In this document: positions 12,715 to 25,416 of the stretch, piece after piece
How the letters are laid out: every line of letters starts with the position of its first letter
How positions within the stretch are numbered: the stretch's first letter is position 1
Source of the DNA: Pseudogymnoascus verrucosus
Lineage: Eukaryota
Strand: one strand, 5' to 3'
Length of the DNA stretch: 64,000 bases
NCBI GenBank assembly: GCA_001662655.1
Contig: KV460249.1
Made by a program: the position numbers and the translations under genes
The notes under the pieces: model-generated
Seen by the model: only the letters and a program-made list of their open reading frames with translations
What the model was told of the DNA's origin: nothing
Databases searched by the model: none

Positions 12715-14048
12715 TTATTCCGAGTCGTCATCATCATCCTCTGACTCAGCCTCAGCAAGCCAAGTCAAGAACGTCTCTGCGGACTTGCGGACCTTCTTGC
12801 TGGTCGGAAGGTCGATGTACTTCTTGCTGGCCCTGGTGCCCCATTTGGTGACAACCTCCTCGCTGACAAGATCGTCATTGTAGTAAAGCATGAGAACCTT
12901 CGAGACTAGGTTGTAGACTTCTGGGTTCTCCTTGCCGCGCATGCCGATGAAGCGCTCGGTGCCTCCGAGGAGGGCCTTCTCGTGGCGTTCAGAGGTGATC
13001 AACTACGCCAGTTAGTGGATATTCATATAATTGCAATCAGGAGTATAGTCCATACCTTTTTCAGCAGTCCAGCCCTCTTGGGGATCTGGGCAACAATGTT
13101 GTCATCGAACAAGGTCTGAGCAAGTACAAGTAGCGTACGGTGCTTTGTCTCAATGCCCAGCTCTTTAGCCTTGACATAAATATCAACATCATCAACCTTT
13201 GCAACGCTGCCCTTCTCCTCGACCTCAGCCAAGATCCAGCTACCGAGCTGATCATAGGCCGAGTTGCCGCCGCCCTCACCATCCTCGTCCTCGTCGTTAT
13301 CAAGGACAAGCTTCTGCTTCAGATCCTCTGGCAGCTGTTGCTGACGAGCTCTAACAGCCTCCGCAGACATGTCAACTGTCCACGTATCGTCTCTGATTTC
13401 CTCTGGCTCTTCGATATCCAAAGCGCCGTTCTTGATGCGATTGGTAAGCTCGTCGTCGCTTCCTGCCTCAGGGGCGCCGTCATCATTGACTCCATTCTCA
13501 GAGTTACTGTCGTTGGGGCTGCTGTTTTTCTCGCCATCGGCGGCGACCCCGTTGCCGTTCTCCTTGGCCCTGCGGGCAGCCTTGCGCTCGGCCTTGTCCT
13601 TCTTGCCCTTCTTGGGCGCATTCTTCAAGATGAAGCCGCTCAATTTCAGGCGGAGATCGACATCTGAACGCTGACCACAAGCCTTGCAGTCAAGAACGAT
13701 ATTTCCATCCTTCAAGACGACTTCGGTCTCGGGATTCTTGCACTTCTTGCAAAGCACAAACTTTGAAATAAACCCATCAAGGTAATCCTGTAGCTTTCCA
13801 GCTTCGTGGGCGCCGTTGATAATCCAGCGGTCGTCGGCAGGGTTGCTGTTTGTCTGGGCTCCAAGTTCGAAACCAAAGTATTTGATGACATAGGCACCGG
13901 GGCGAGCGAGAGACTGGGCAACGCTGCTCAGGTTGACAATGACAGTCTTGATGCCATTTCCTTTTCCTTCGATCTTAGACTGGATCTTCTCCATCTTGTA
14001 TCGGTAGAAGGGGTCGCTGACATCGCGACGAATGTTGACGGTAGCCAT
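12715..14048 (-). CDS. TIF5: Eukaryotic translation initiation factor 5; intron 13003-13055
   Basis: [28 protein letters not shown], the Zn ribbon [14 protein letters not shown], and a C-terminal W2 domain ending in [15 protein letters not shown]. Confidence 0.98.
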
Positions 14049-14066
14049 GATTGCGGTTGAAGTTTT

Positions 14067-14370
14067 CTAATGCAAGCTTTCGGGGGCGGTTTTTCTATTG
14101 GTAGCGGCGACTGAAGACGTTGACTGGCGATACATATAGAGGCAGGCCGGCTCGTTTTGGAAGGTTCAAAGCAACAGCTAGATTGATGGTTTAAAGATGA
14201 TTCGTCTCACGGTAACATGTGTTGTGTCGATATTGTGAGATGCCGAAGAAGATGTCGGTTTATCCGTTAGAGCAGAAGTAAGGGCTACAAGGTTTCCGAG
14301 GTATACGGAATGGTTGCAGCTCGAGGGGCGGCTGATGTCTGAGGTCGTTGGCGTGTTGTGTGAGATACAT
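14067..14370 (-). promoter_or_regulatory. Three poor-context uORFs in the eIF5 5' leader
   Basis: uATGs at 14370 (TAT-ATG-T, 36 codons, stop at 14260), 14218 (CAC-ATG-T, MLP*) and 14135 (TAT-ATG-T, 22 codons, stop at 14067). The main ATG is in good context (ATC-ATG-G). Confidence 0.75.
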
Positions 14371-15527
14371 ATAACGCAGTTGTGCCACTAGACGTGCTGT
14401 CTTATGGTTTGGGTGATTCGGTGGTAGAGGATGCCCTCTTTTATGACAGGTCCCGGCCTTGGGGGAGAGTCGTAGAAGCGTTCGATAATATCAGACGGAA
14501 GAAGCTGGATGAAGGGCTTCAGCGGGTTTCCGGGGGGTCGCGGATGGACGGAGAGGCCAGATAGACTCGTGTCTGTCTGTTTTTTTTTGGGGGGGTTGAA
14601 TGGCAGATGGGTCGAGAAGAGACTCCTTGATGGTAGGACTGTCGTGAGATTTGATGAAGCCTGAAGAAGGATTCTGGTGTGGTGGGTGGGGGAAAGGAGA
14701 AATTCTTTGTGTGTTGATGTTTAGTTTGAAGGGGTGGGTCAGGGAATTGGAAAGAATTATTCAGTGGAGAAGGGAATTGTATTTTGTATGTAGAGAGTAG
14801 TTTTTTTGCCTGAGGTGGCACTAAGGCGCTAGATTTCTGTAGTGTTTGTTAGTAGAAGTAGTGGTGGTTACGAGTTTGCAGGACCGAGTAAGAGGATAGA
14901 AGTATACTGCAACTAAGAGTACAAAATAAGAGTATGGCAGATTGGTGTAGTTTGCTTGTATCTTTAGCAGATGAGAACTTAAGAGCGGAGAGTTTTGGAG
15001 TTGGGACCGCGGTAAAAAATTAGGGTGTGGGTGAGTTAGGTGGCGTGGTTGGATGGTTGGTGGTTATGGCTGTGCGGTGGTACTTTACTTGTGGCGCAGT
15101 TTACAGTGTGGGAGTTTGTACTCTGGACATAGTTGCTTGATTGCTGCATGAACTGTACTTTGTAGGTACTTTACACTAGATTTTTGCTGGGCACGTGTTA
15201 CCAGTATAACGCGTAGGATCTATTTTGTAGAGTATTACACTATAACACTATAGAGAATATCTATGATAAATTATATAATTACTATACGCGTCCGTACATG
15301 ACCAGAAGCTTATTAACGCGCTCCAATCGAAGCCGGACATATTTCTGTAGATTTCCATGTTGCGATGGTTACAAATTGAGACAATACTATATATATCACG
15401 TGACTATAACTGCCCCGCGACCCTTCATCCCCGATATATCCCCGAAATCCCCCACCATCCAAAACGCTACGAGTGCCCGATTGGTCTTCAACAGCTGCAA
15501 AGTCCGAGTCCATACCAAAAAAAAGTC

Positions 15528-17205
15528 ATGATGGCCAAATCAGTAGACTACTCTCTGTACCTGGTCACTGACTCCACCCCCGCCATCCTTGGGGGTGCTA
15601 GTCTCGTCGATGTCGTGGAAGCTGCTCTGGAGGGCGGCGTGACTATCGTCCAATATCGGGACAAGTCCACTGAGACTGGTGTTATGGTCGACACTGCCAG
15701 GCGACTCCATGCTGTAACGAAGAAATACAACGTCCCTCTTCTCATTAACGACCGTGTTGATGTGGCACTCGCAGTGGGCTGCGAAGGCGTCCACATCGGC
15801 CAAGACGACATAGGTAAGGCCATTCTTTATATAAAACCCGGTCTCTAGCTAAATACCACGTAGATATCAAAACTGCCAGGCGCCTCCTTGGAGAATCGGC
15901 CATCATTGGCCTCACAGTAGCATCGGTTGAGCAAGCACTGCAGGGCTGCGATGATGGGGCTGACTATCTCGGTATTGGCACGATATTTGCTACCCCAACG
16001 TAATATTCTACCATTCTCATTTTGTATTCACTTTTGTCTGACAATCCCCAAGGAAGACAAACACTAAGGACATAATTGGGACTGCTGGCTGTCAAGCAAT
16101 CCTGAAGGCAATGGCCCCAAAGTATAGCAACGTGGGGACGGTGTGCATTGGCGGCATCAATGCCACCAACCTCCAACGCGTCTTATATCAGTCAAGTGAC
16201 AATAGCAAGAGGCTCGATGGCATTGCCCTTGTCAGTGCAATAATAGGCGCGAAGGACCCCAAAGAGGCAGCAAAGAATCTAAAGCACCTTGTCAACACCC
16301 CACCTGCATTTGCAGCTGTCTCTCCATCAGGCTATTCTGGTGTTGAGGACGTTGCCGGAATGCTGGAGGCAGTCCCTTCTGTTATAACATCCGTCAACGA
16401 GACCAACCCTCTATGTCACAACATGACAAATCTTGTGGTGCAGAATTTCGCTGCCAGTGTTGCGTTGGCAATTGGGGGATCCCCAATTATGTCAAACCAC
16501 GGCGATGAGGCGGCAGACCTCGCCAAATTAGGAGGCGCTTTGGTTATAAACATGGGCACGGTAACACAGGAAGGCCTGAGGAACCACTTGCTTGCCTTAC
16601 GGGCATATAACTCGCAAGGAGGCCCTGTTGTTCTGGACCCGGTGGGAGCGGCAGCAACAACTGTCCGGAAATCTGCCTTGAAAACTCTCATGGCCGGTGG
16701 TTATTTTGATCTAATCAAGGGTAATGAAGGTGAAATACGACAGGCATATGGAAAAGGCGACGTCCAGCAGCGAGGTGTGGACAGTGGAGCAAGCATGCTC
16801 GACGGCCAGAGCAGGGCAGCTCTAGTCCGAGACCTCGCTGAGCGAGAGCGGAATATCGTTCTGATGACTGGCTCTACAGACTATGTGAGCGATGGGCGGA
16901 GAACGATTGCGATTAAGAACGGGCACGAGTATCTTGGTCGGATAACTGGTAGTGGATGTGTCCTTGGAACTACCATATCTGCAATGCTCGCTGTCCACCG
17001 GCATGATAAGCTTATCGCAGCCGTAGCTGGGCTGCTGCTTTTTGAGATTGCCGCCGAGTATGCTGCGCAACGCCCGGATGTCAAGGGCCCTGGGACATTC
17101 GTGCCAGCATTGATTGACGAGCTGGATAGAATTCGGCAGAGCAATGCCGATGGAGACTTCAGCTGGTTGAGCCGTGCAGACATCAGCCTGGTTAGTTTTG
17201 AGTAA
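15528..17205 (+). CDS. THI6: Bifunctional thiamine-phosphate synthase / hydroxyethylthiazole kinase; introns at ~15814-15863 and ~16000-16052
   Basis: ThiE domain (YSLYLVTD, VQYRDK, LLINDRVDVA, GVHIGQDD) fused to a ThiM domain (HNMTNLVVQN, VLDPVG, IKGNEGE, ITGSGC). Confidence 0.96.
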
Positions 17206-17555
17206 ATACAAAATACTAGAAAATATTAAGCAAAGCAACTATATATTTATAGCAAAAAACAAAAAATACCATGTTTTATTTGCACCCGAAAGTGATTCCG
17301 GAATGATGGCATGTGGAGTGGTTCGCTAAGAACCGGATGCGGGGTAACGTAATGTCCCCCGCATCGGCTGTCTGGATGCTCGGCTTTGGCCCCTCCATTA
17401 ATCGGGGATCTGGACCCGCAGGCAACGTTCCGCTGTGCACATATAAGGCACGCCTGAGCCTGGAATTCCCCCAATAGAACTCACCGAATAAGCACAAATA
17501 GAATACCGATCTGCCACCAACACCCAAGTTGTCGGGAATCCATATATCCAAAGCC

Positions 17556-18415
17556 ATGGCACAAACTCTTACGCGACGCCTTGGTAAGTCACCCTCCACC
17601 GTCCCGCGAAAGCAATTGAGTTTCCTAACAACCCGATAGCCAGGCCAGCAATCTTGTGAGCCATTCCTCCTATAGCACCGGAATTGCCCTCACTGGGCTT
17701 CAATGCCGTCGCCGTCAGCAGACCCCGTCGTTTCGCCGATCTAACAGGCCATAGCATCTGCGACATCCAAGAGAAGTTCCGCCCAGCAGTATGGGAATAC
17801 GACAAGATGTAACCCTCCCCCATCCCACACCACCCAACCGCCACATATTAACTTCCCCCCCAGAATCCTCACCACCCAAAAGCTCCTCCGCGCCGCCTCC
17901 ATCCTCTCCATCCCCGTCTACGCCACCACCCAAAACGCCGCGCGCCTCGGCCCAACCTGCCCCGAACTCAACCTCTCCACCGCCGTCGCAGAAGTCGACA
18001 AGACCGCCTTCAGTATGTGGCCCGCCCTAGGCCACCACTTCTCCTCCAGTACCCCCTCCGAGATCGTCATCGTCGGCATCGAGAGCCACATCTGTGTCAC
18101 GCAGACGACGATAGATGCGCTTGCGGCAGGACATAAGGTGTATATCATCGCGGATGGAGTGAGTAGCTGTAATCCACAGGAGATTCCGATTGCGTTGGCG
18201 AGATTGAGACAGGCGGGTGCGGTGGTAACGACTAGTGAGAGCTGGTTGTATGAGTGTATGGGAGACGCCGGGATTGCTGAGTGAGTTTCCCGTGATGTGT
18301 TGTTGGAGGGGGTGAAACTGACGTTTTTGGTAGATTTAAGCAGATTGCTGGTGTAGTGAAGGATACTAGCAAGGATACGAAGAGAGTGATGGAGGCATTG
18401 TTGAGCAAGATTTAA
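17556..18415 (+). CDS. Isochorismatase-family hydrolase (ISOC1/ISOC2-like), 5 exons
   Basis: The spliced reading gives MAQTLTRRL/ARPAIF/ICDIQEKFRPAVWEYDKI/ILTTQK..TTQNAARLGPT..KTAFSM..GIESHICVTQT..ADGVSS..ESWLYE/..LLSKI. It includes a 16-nt microexon at 17640-17655. Confidence 0.9.
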
Positions 18416-18793
18416 ATGGGCAGGACTATGGTCTGTAACATTACGAGGGGTTTCTATGCGCATGGTCTAGAACTTGAGTTTTGAGGGGTGTTGGAGCTGA
18501 TAGATGGCGGACCAATCCGAACTAGACGGTAGTTTACTATGACAGTTGATAGTTTAGAAGCAAGAAATGTGCAACACATTCTGACTATGAGGTGATTGCG
18601 TGCGAATTAAAACATTTATTATTAGGTTGGCAGTGTAGACAAAAGGCTCACGACTCTCAAGGAAGTTCAGTAGTAAGATGTCATGGCATTAATAGTATTC
18701 TGATTCATCTACTAGGGCATCGTAAGATTATCCCCTTACATCCAGCCCTCCGGGTATTGCTAGATATATCGGTATCAAATCACCCAGATCTAC

Positions 18794-20749
18794 CTACTCA
18801 GTCGTCGTAAGATCTGCCTTCGTATTTGAAGCCTTCATCCAGCCAAACGCTGAAGCACCACCGATCGGGTTTGAGGGCCGACGAGCACCGGTAACAGGCC
18901 ACGCCTCCTTGTGGGCCTTTTCCTCAGCTGCCGTTTTTTTAGATTCCCAGCGCGAGGACGCATTGCTATCGGTAAGACTAGCCTGGCTCTTGCGTCTGGA
19001 CGGATCGTCTTCCAACGGACTGCTCGGCGGGGGCTCATAGACATGACGTGCTCCAGAAGTAGAACGGCCGTTCTGAAGCCCCTTTGATGGCTTCAGCACC
19101 TTCATGCTTCTGTTGCCGCGGCCGGGTTTGTTGTAGCCACTTGCGGATACAGTCTCTTTTTGCAGCTCGCCATCACTCTTTGGTAGCCCACCATTTCGCC
19201 AGGAGCCCCATTTAGCCCCAACGTCTTCTCGGGTTTCACTTTCCTTGTTCGTTGCTAACTTGGCATCTTGCTTGCTGTTAGTTAGGCCTTCGGCATGGGT
19301 GCCACCTGCAGTCGGCTTAGATTCGGCCGTCTCAGGGTTATTGTCAGCGGACGCAGGTTCTAGGCTTGGATGAAACCCATTTCGCAGATCCGATACGTGT
19401 TTTCCGTCCTCATACTCATGGCGCGGGGGTCTCGGGGACAATGGTATCACATTTGGATCACCAGACTGCAAAGTCTCGCTCGGTGCTTCATTCCCTCCTT
19501 CGTTCTCATCGCGCCCAGATGAGAGTGCAGGTTTGCTTGGTTTACCAGCAGGGGTGAACGGAAGAGCGGCTCCCTTAAGCTCGACGGCCTCGGGCGGATT
19601 GTTCATAGTGCAGATGTTTTTGAAGACATTGTCATCCTCTGGTCGTACAAATGGTACTGAGAGTTTCTCACGGCTATCTCCGTAGAGTGTCATGGTATTC
19701 TGGGAGAGGAGAAGGTCAGCACTATGTGCCCTCAAGGTATCACTCCCAATGAAAATGTGTATGGCTTTTGGTCGCCGTGATGTGGAACGCTGGTGAATGC
19801 CGGTAACCTCAAAGTTGACTGTCAACGCAGGCAGTTGTGGAGCAGGGCTATTGGCTCGAGATGAAGACTGTGTTATAACAGCCTCGGGAAGGTAAACGGG
19901 TAGGGTGATGATAGGGAGTCCTTTGGAGTTTTGTTGGATGCGGTCCACATAACCAAGCTTTTTAACGAGGGTATACTCCAATGTTGATTTATGAGAACCG
20001 GTGCATACATCGGCATAGAGTAAGGTGTCATGAGAGAAAGTTTCGTTCAGCCAGCATCGTATAATGCAAGGGACGTTGCCCAGTATGAAGAGACCTGGAG
20101 GCGGCTCTGGGATCTCTAAAGGCGATGGGTCATCTTGGCCTCCAATCACAAAGTTAGTATCAAGACCGAGGCTGCTAGTACGGCCTGATGGCGCCGAGTA
20201 CATGGAACGAACGGAATGGCCTGCGGAGCTATGTCTTCCATCCGACTTATGCGAGAGTGTCCTCTCCATAGGATGACTACCAAAGCCACTATTTGGGCGA
20301 GTAGGGCCGAAGTCGCCTGATGTGCGAGATGATTGAGCCCAGCTTGATCCTTGGGTGGCACTGACATCAAAACGTACGCTGTTCGCCCGTGATGCGCCGC
20401 GCCGCACTGGCTCTTCTTCCGCATCCAGACGCAGGCTTCCCAGCAATGATTGCCCATGTTCGTCATCGAAGTCATCAAAAACCTGAGACTGAGATGAATG
20501 TACCGGACCTGATAGTTTCGGATCAGTATGGAAGTGGGATATAGGGCTGTGATATCTACCTTGCTGGGGAGTGCCTAGTACACCTGGAAATGGAGGGTTC
20601 CAGACAGACTTGAGCGCCGCATCATCTGCCTGTCTTCTCTCGAGTCGGAGTATGCGATCTGCGTGGTTGATCTGAACCGCATGAACATGCTTTACATCCA
20701 TTTCCAAATGGTATAGGCTTTCCTTTGTCGGCGAGAAATGCCCGTCCAT
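18794..20749 (-). CDS. Conserved fungal protein with an N-terminal coiled coil, a central retropepsin-like domain and a disordered C-terminus; 51-nt intron at 20509-20559
   Basis: Long ORF starting MDGHFSPTKESLYHLEMDV. The central motifs LLYADVCTGSHKSTLEYTLVKKLG and IFIGSDTLRAHSADLLLSQNTMTL resemble the retropepsin D-T-G and ILGxDxL motifs. Confidence 0.8.
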   Translation of the reverse strand: MDGHFSPTKESLYHLEMDVKHVHAVQINHADRILRLERRQADDAALKSVWNPPFPGVLGTPQQGRYHSPISHFHTDPKLSGPVHSSQSQVFDDFDDEHGQSLLGSLRLDAEEEPVRRGASRANSVRFDVSATQGSSWAQSSRTSGDFGPTRPNSGFGSHPMERTLSHKSDGRHSSAGHSVRSMYSAPSGRTSSLGLDTNFVIGGQDDPSPLEIPEPPPGLFILGNVPCIIRCWLNETFSHDTLLYADVCTGSHKSTLEYTLVKKLGYVDRIQQNSKGLPIITLPVYLPEAVITQSSSRANSPAPQLPALTVNFEVTGIHQRSTSRRPKAIHIFIGSDTLRAHSADLLLSQNTMTLYGDSREKLSVPFVRPEDDNVFKNICTMNNPPEAVELKGAALPFTPAGKPSKPALSSGRDENEGGNEAPSETLQSGDPNVIPLSPRPPRHEYEDGKHVSDLRNGFHPSLEPASADNNPETAESKPTAGGTHAEGLTNSKQDAKLATNKESETREDVGAKWGSWRNGGLPKSDGELQKETVSASGYNKPGRGNRSMKVLKPSKGLQNGRSTSGARHVYEPPPSSPLEDDPSRRKSQASLTDSNASSRWESKKTAAEEKAHKEAWPVTGARRPSNPIGGASAFGWMKASNTKADLTTTE

Positions 20750-22027
20750 TCCTATAGCGTAATATTTAACGCAAGAGCAGTGTATTTCGTACAACTTCCA
20801 GTTCTAAGCATGAATGGTCTACCATGGACCTTAAAGACCCAGTCACTCTGACCCAGGCCCGGCGGTCTCTTGTGCTCCCTTTCTTTCGCCCCAGCTCATG
20901 GGTAGGATATAACCGATCGCCACCGGCGGCCTGCAGGTTCGGTGATATTAAATTATTCGTCGATCAGCAAGGCAAGTGTGTCCAGTGGCGCCAGTTCGCG
21001 CGCAAGTCACAATATGAACGATGAAGGTTGGTCGATGTGGTCTGTAGTTGTTCGATGGTCACTCTCTACTTCGATACTTCGAGTGTATAACAGGCGGCCA
21101 ACGCCAGAAGTTCGTGCACGCGGAGGTGGAAAGGAAGGTTGATCTAGAGCTCAAGCTGTACCAGGCAGTGGAGAGTTTGTCTGAAGTCGTCGGGATTGGA
21201 TTGGGGTAGGAAACAGAGTCGCGGAAATGTAGAGGTCGTGGTGGCTGGTATATATTGCGATAGGGTGAGTGAATGAAGTTGTATTCGAGGTTCTACTGAA
21301 CTGAGACTTGGAGTGTGTTGATCTGGAAGAAGGAAGATGAAATATAGGATTCGTACGACTAGAGTCTATGGGGTGTGAAACTCTAAAGGTGTAGATGTGC
21401 GAGTGGGAGTTTGAGTCTCTTGTTCTCCAAAACAGTCTTGTATGGGGGTAGATGCTGTGGATGTGGTTGTATGTAGTACCATCAATGGTCTCTCCCCTTA
21501 TCTTGTCTAATGTCAAATGTTATCGGTAAATAACGGTCAGCCACAGTGGTAGCACTATAAACGGTCTCAGAGCCAGATGCACATGGGTACGACCAAGGTA
21601 AGACAGCTTACTTTCCATGGTTATCTCACACAACAGGTGCTTTCCTCCTTCATAGCTCTATCACTATTATATACCCCGATATTATAGCCACGAAGCTTTA
21701 TTGTAGCTACAGAACTCTCCATACTCGTGGTCAAGGACACACGCGGAACATATTTGACATCGACTCCGCAAGCCGTCAGCAACGCCCCGTCCCGCACAGG
21801 CGTATGGCTAGCTCATTTGTATAGCTCCATCACAAGGCTACCGATCACTTTCCAGGAGACTTTCTTCCCCGCTGGACTGGCTGGCATGCAGTGAAGTGTT
21901 CGCCATACCGCCATTTACCAGAACTATCGATGAAAGCACCTCCTGATCATGCTTGAGCTTCTTCCACGACTTCTATCTCGCGTTTACTAGGCCGTCTCTC
22001 CTCGAGGGAGCCTTGATTTCCCGAAAC

Positions 22028-25010
22028 ATGAAGGGCGACGATCCAAGCCCGGTCGACACATCGACGCCTCCGTCACCGACAAGTGTGAGGCACTTTCCGA
22101 CTACAAAACGCTATAGGTCTCTACTATTGCCTTCTAGCAGTGATCTTGCCGCTGCTAGAAGCGACGCAGAACAGAGAGATGACGAACACACACCGCTCCT
22201 CAGAGGGGCAATGAGCACGAGTCACATGCGTATAGCAGATGGGGGTTCTACTCCAAAGCCGCGCCTTTCGAGACACCACAGTGGAACAGGTACGTTAACG
22301 TCCCATCTGCCCCTTTATTTCTTCGAGTGATCCGAGCACTCTTCGTGGTTCAGCGCAGCTAACGGGGTTTCACAGGCAGCCTCCGTCACCATAGTCGAAG
22401 CAACTCTTGGGGCCAACGCCTTTCCCAGGCACTCAATACCGACCGAAGTACCTCCAAAGCCTTTGACAACGATCTCAGAAGCTCAGTAACCCTAGATGAC
22501 CGAGTCTGGTACGATCAGTTTACATCTACCGATTGGGTCCACGACAATATCGCAGACGCATACCGGGTCAAGGCACTCCGTGCAAGGAGAGATTTTGCAG
22601 GACGGGTATGGGCATTCCTTGACGGCTCGCAGGGCTGGATTCTGAGCGCCTTGGTCGGGTGTACAACTGCTCTAGTAGCATATATTGTTGATATTTCCGA
22701 GGCCCCTACCTTTGACTTCAAGGAGGGATACTGTTCGGACGGATGGTACCTAAGTGAGAAGGTAAGTTCGGGGAGGAGTAATTGCTGTCATATCGGTACT
22801 AACACTCTTCAAGAAATGCTGCCCTGATGGGGACCGATGTGCTGCCTGGCGAACTTGGTCCGAAGTCATAGAAGTACCCGGGGTCAATGGGGAATTGACC
22901 GAGTTCGTCATTTATGTTCTTCTGATGATCGTCTTAGCGTCCTTATCATGTCTCGTTACTCTTTCAACGAAGACAGTTGTGCCTTCAACCTACCGAATCT
23001 CAACATTTGACGAAAATCTGGCTGCAGTTCCTCAAAGAGAAAATGAGGAGGGTGGAAGCCCAAAACAAACCAAGGCTGCTGAATACAACTCGTCTTCTAT
23101 GATCTATTATCCAGCCGCTGGAAGTGGTGTTGCAGAGGTCAAGGTGATTCTCAGCGGCTTCGTTCTGCATGGTTTCCTTGGTCTTAAAACTCTCATAACC
23201 AAGACATGCGCTCTTATTCTCAGTGTGGCATCCGGGCTGAGCCTGGGAAAAGAGGGGCCATTCGTTCATATAGCTGCATGCATAGGGAACATTTCTTGCC
23301 GCTTGTTTAACAAGTATGATTACAACGATGGGAAAAGGCGAGAGATCCTGTCTGCGGCTGCGGCTTCTGGTGTTGCCGTTGCATTCGGAGCGCCAATTGG
23401 TGGCGTGCTGTTCAGTCTAGAGGAAGCTTCGTATTTCTTCCCGGCGAAAACGTTGTTCAGGACTTTCTTCTGCTGTATTACGGCGGCGTTGTCTCTGAAG
23501 TTTTTGAATCCCTATGGAACTGGCAAGATTGTCATATTCGAGGTGAGATATCTGACAGATTGGGAGTTGTTCGAAATGATACCCTTTCTAGCAGTTGCGG
23601 TGGTTGGTGGCGCCGCAGGTGCTCTGTTCATCAAAGCGTCATATATCTGGGCGCGCTCCTTCCGCAAGATAACTCTGGTCAAAGACTATCCGCTGCTAGA
23701 GGTGGTCCTCGTGGCTCTTGTAACCGGAATGATAAGCTATTGGAATATTTTTACAAAGACTCCTGTGGCGAAGTTATTGTTTAACCTTGCCAGTCCATGC
23801 AGCCCAGACGACTTGGATTCAATGGGTCTGTGCCCGGAAAGCATAGGAGATATCGACTCCATTTTGAAGCAACTATCAATAGCCTTCGTCATCAAGAGCT
23901 TTCTAACGATTATTACATTCGGCATTGTACGGCCTCCGCCTCCCAGACGAGTTTGAGGGGTACGCTAACAAGTTAAACAGAAAGTTCCCGCTGGTATCTA
24001 TGTTCCTAGCATGGTTGTAGGCGGCCTCCTTGGAAGGATAGCTGGGCACTTTGTGCAGCGACTAGTGCTTCAGTTTCCGCATGCTGCGATTTTCGAACAG
24101 TGCGCATCTCATCCAAACGGCACCTCGTGTATCACACCAGGTGTATACGCGTTGATAGGGGCCGGTGCCACTATGTGTGGCGTTACTCGCCTTTCCGTTA
24201 CGCTTGCCGTCATTCTTTTCGAGCTCACTGGCAGCCTTGATTATGTTCTACCATTCTCACTGTCGATTCTTGTTGCCAAGTGGACCGCCGATGCGATCGA
24301 GCGCCTGAGCATCTATGTAAGCTTTAACCCCAGTCTTTTGAAGATACATCTGCTCATAACATCAGGACCTCCTCACAAATATGAATTCATATCCGTTTCT
24401 TAATAACAAGACAAAGCCTGTCTTCACATCTGATCTCGCTGACATCACCCCTCGTGTGCGAAGGGAGAGGGTTATTGACATCTCCTCATCGCCTCTTGTG
24501 TCCGCCAAGTCCTTACGAGATAAAATACGGATACTTCATGAGGCTGGAGAGCTTGATGGAGGGCTTCCGATTCTTAGGCAAGACGTTCTAGTTGGGCTGA
24601 TCCCAGCGCCGGATCTCGAATTCGCCCTGGACAGCCTACCAGACGAAGAGAATGACTTATGTCTGATGGTAGCTGTGAAATCTTTCGATGACGACGACGA
24701 TGAAACAGCTGATCCGACAGATTTCACTTCATATATTGATCCGGTAGGCACCCCGAATATTAGCGGCCCTTGTTCCAATGCTGACTTTAAAAGGCTCCTG
24801 TGGCACTCGACATTCGTTCCGAGATGGATTTGGTATATGAGTGTTTTGTCAAGCTTGGACTTCGATATATTTGCGTTTTACGTGATGGTCGTTACGCAGG
24901 AATGGTAAGCCACCTTGTTTGCTTGGTATCCACCAGTTAGCTAACTATCTCAGCTACACCGCAAGGTGTTTGTAAAGTACGTCAGAGAATTAGAAGAGAG
25001 TGGCCACTGA
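22028..25010 (+). CDS. CLC-family chloride/proton antiporter with CBS domains (Gef1-like family), multi-exon
   Basis: YDQFTSTDW, GSGVAE, GKEGP (gating Glu), FGAPIGGVLFSLEE (proton Glu), KVPAGIYVPSM and GVTRLSVTLAVILFELTG. Confidence 0.95.
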
Positions 25011-25416
25011 ACATGTGCCATGCTGCTCTCGGTTTATTGTTGCATCGCATTGGGCCTGCTTCATCCGCATATCATAGGGCGTAATTGGGGTATATAATAT
25101 TATAAATTGCGCATTGGTGCGCCACGAGATGTCAGCTGGTATTTTTGCTTCTGCTTATGTGCATGTTGAAATAATATTCTTCAAGATATAATAGATGCCT
25201 CAATAACCCGCTGTTTGGGTATTATTTTGTTCCTCTAAATATTATATATTTTTCATATTTCAAATTAATGACACAAACGTATAGTCAAACACTGTTATTA
25301 TACATGTCCCCAAACCACACGCCTTTCAAAAGTACACAGCCACATGGCGCTCGTCCACGAAGCTATTCCCATCGATCCACCACTCCAGACCAGGTTAGGG
25401 GCTGGCCGCGAATACA

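Noticed and set aside
15357..15527. In-frame 57-aa N-terminal extension of THI6, or a TPP riboswitch
   Set aside because: The extension has no recognisable features and overlaps a promoter-type TCACGTGAC site. No TPP aptamer motifs (CTGAGA, CTGAT..TAATNCCAGCG) are visible.
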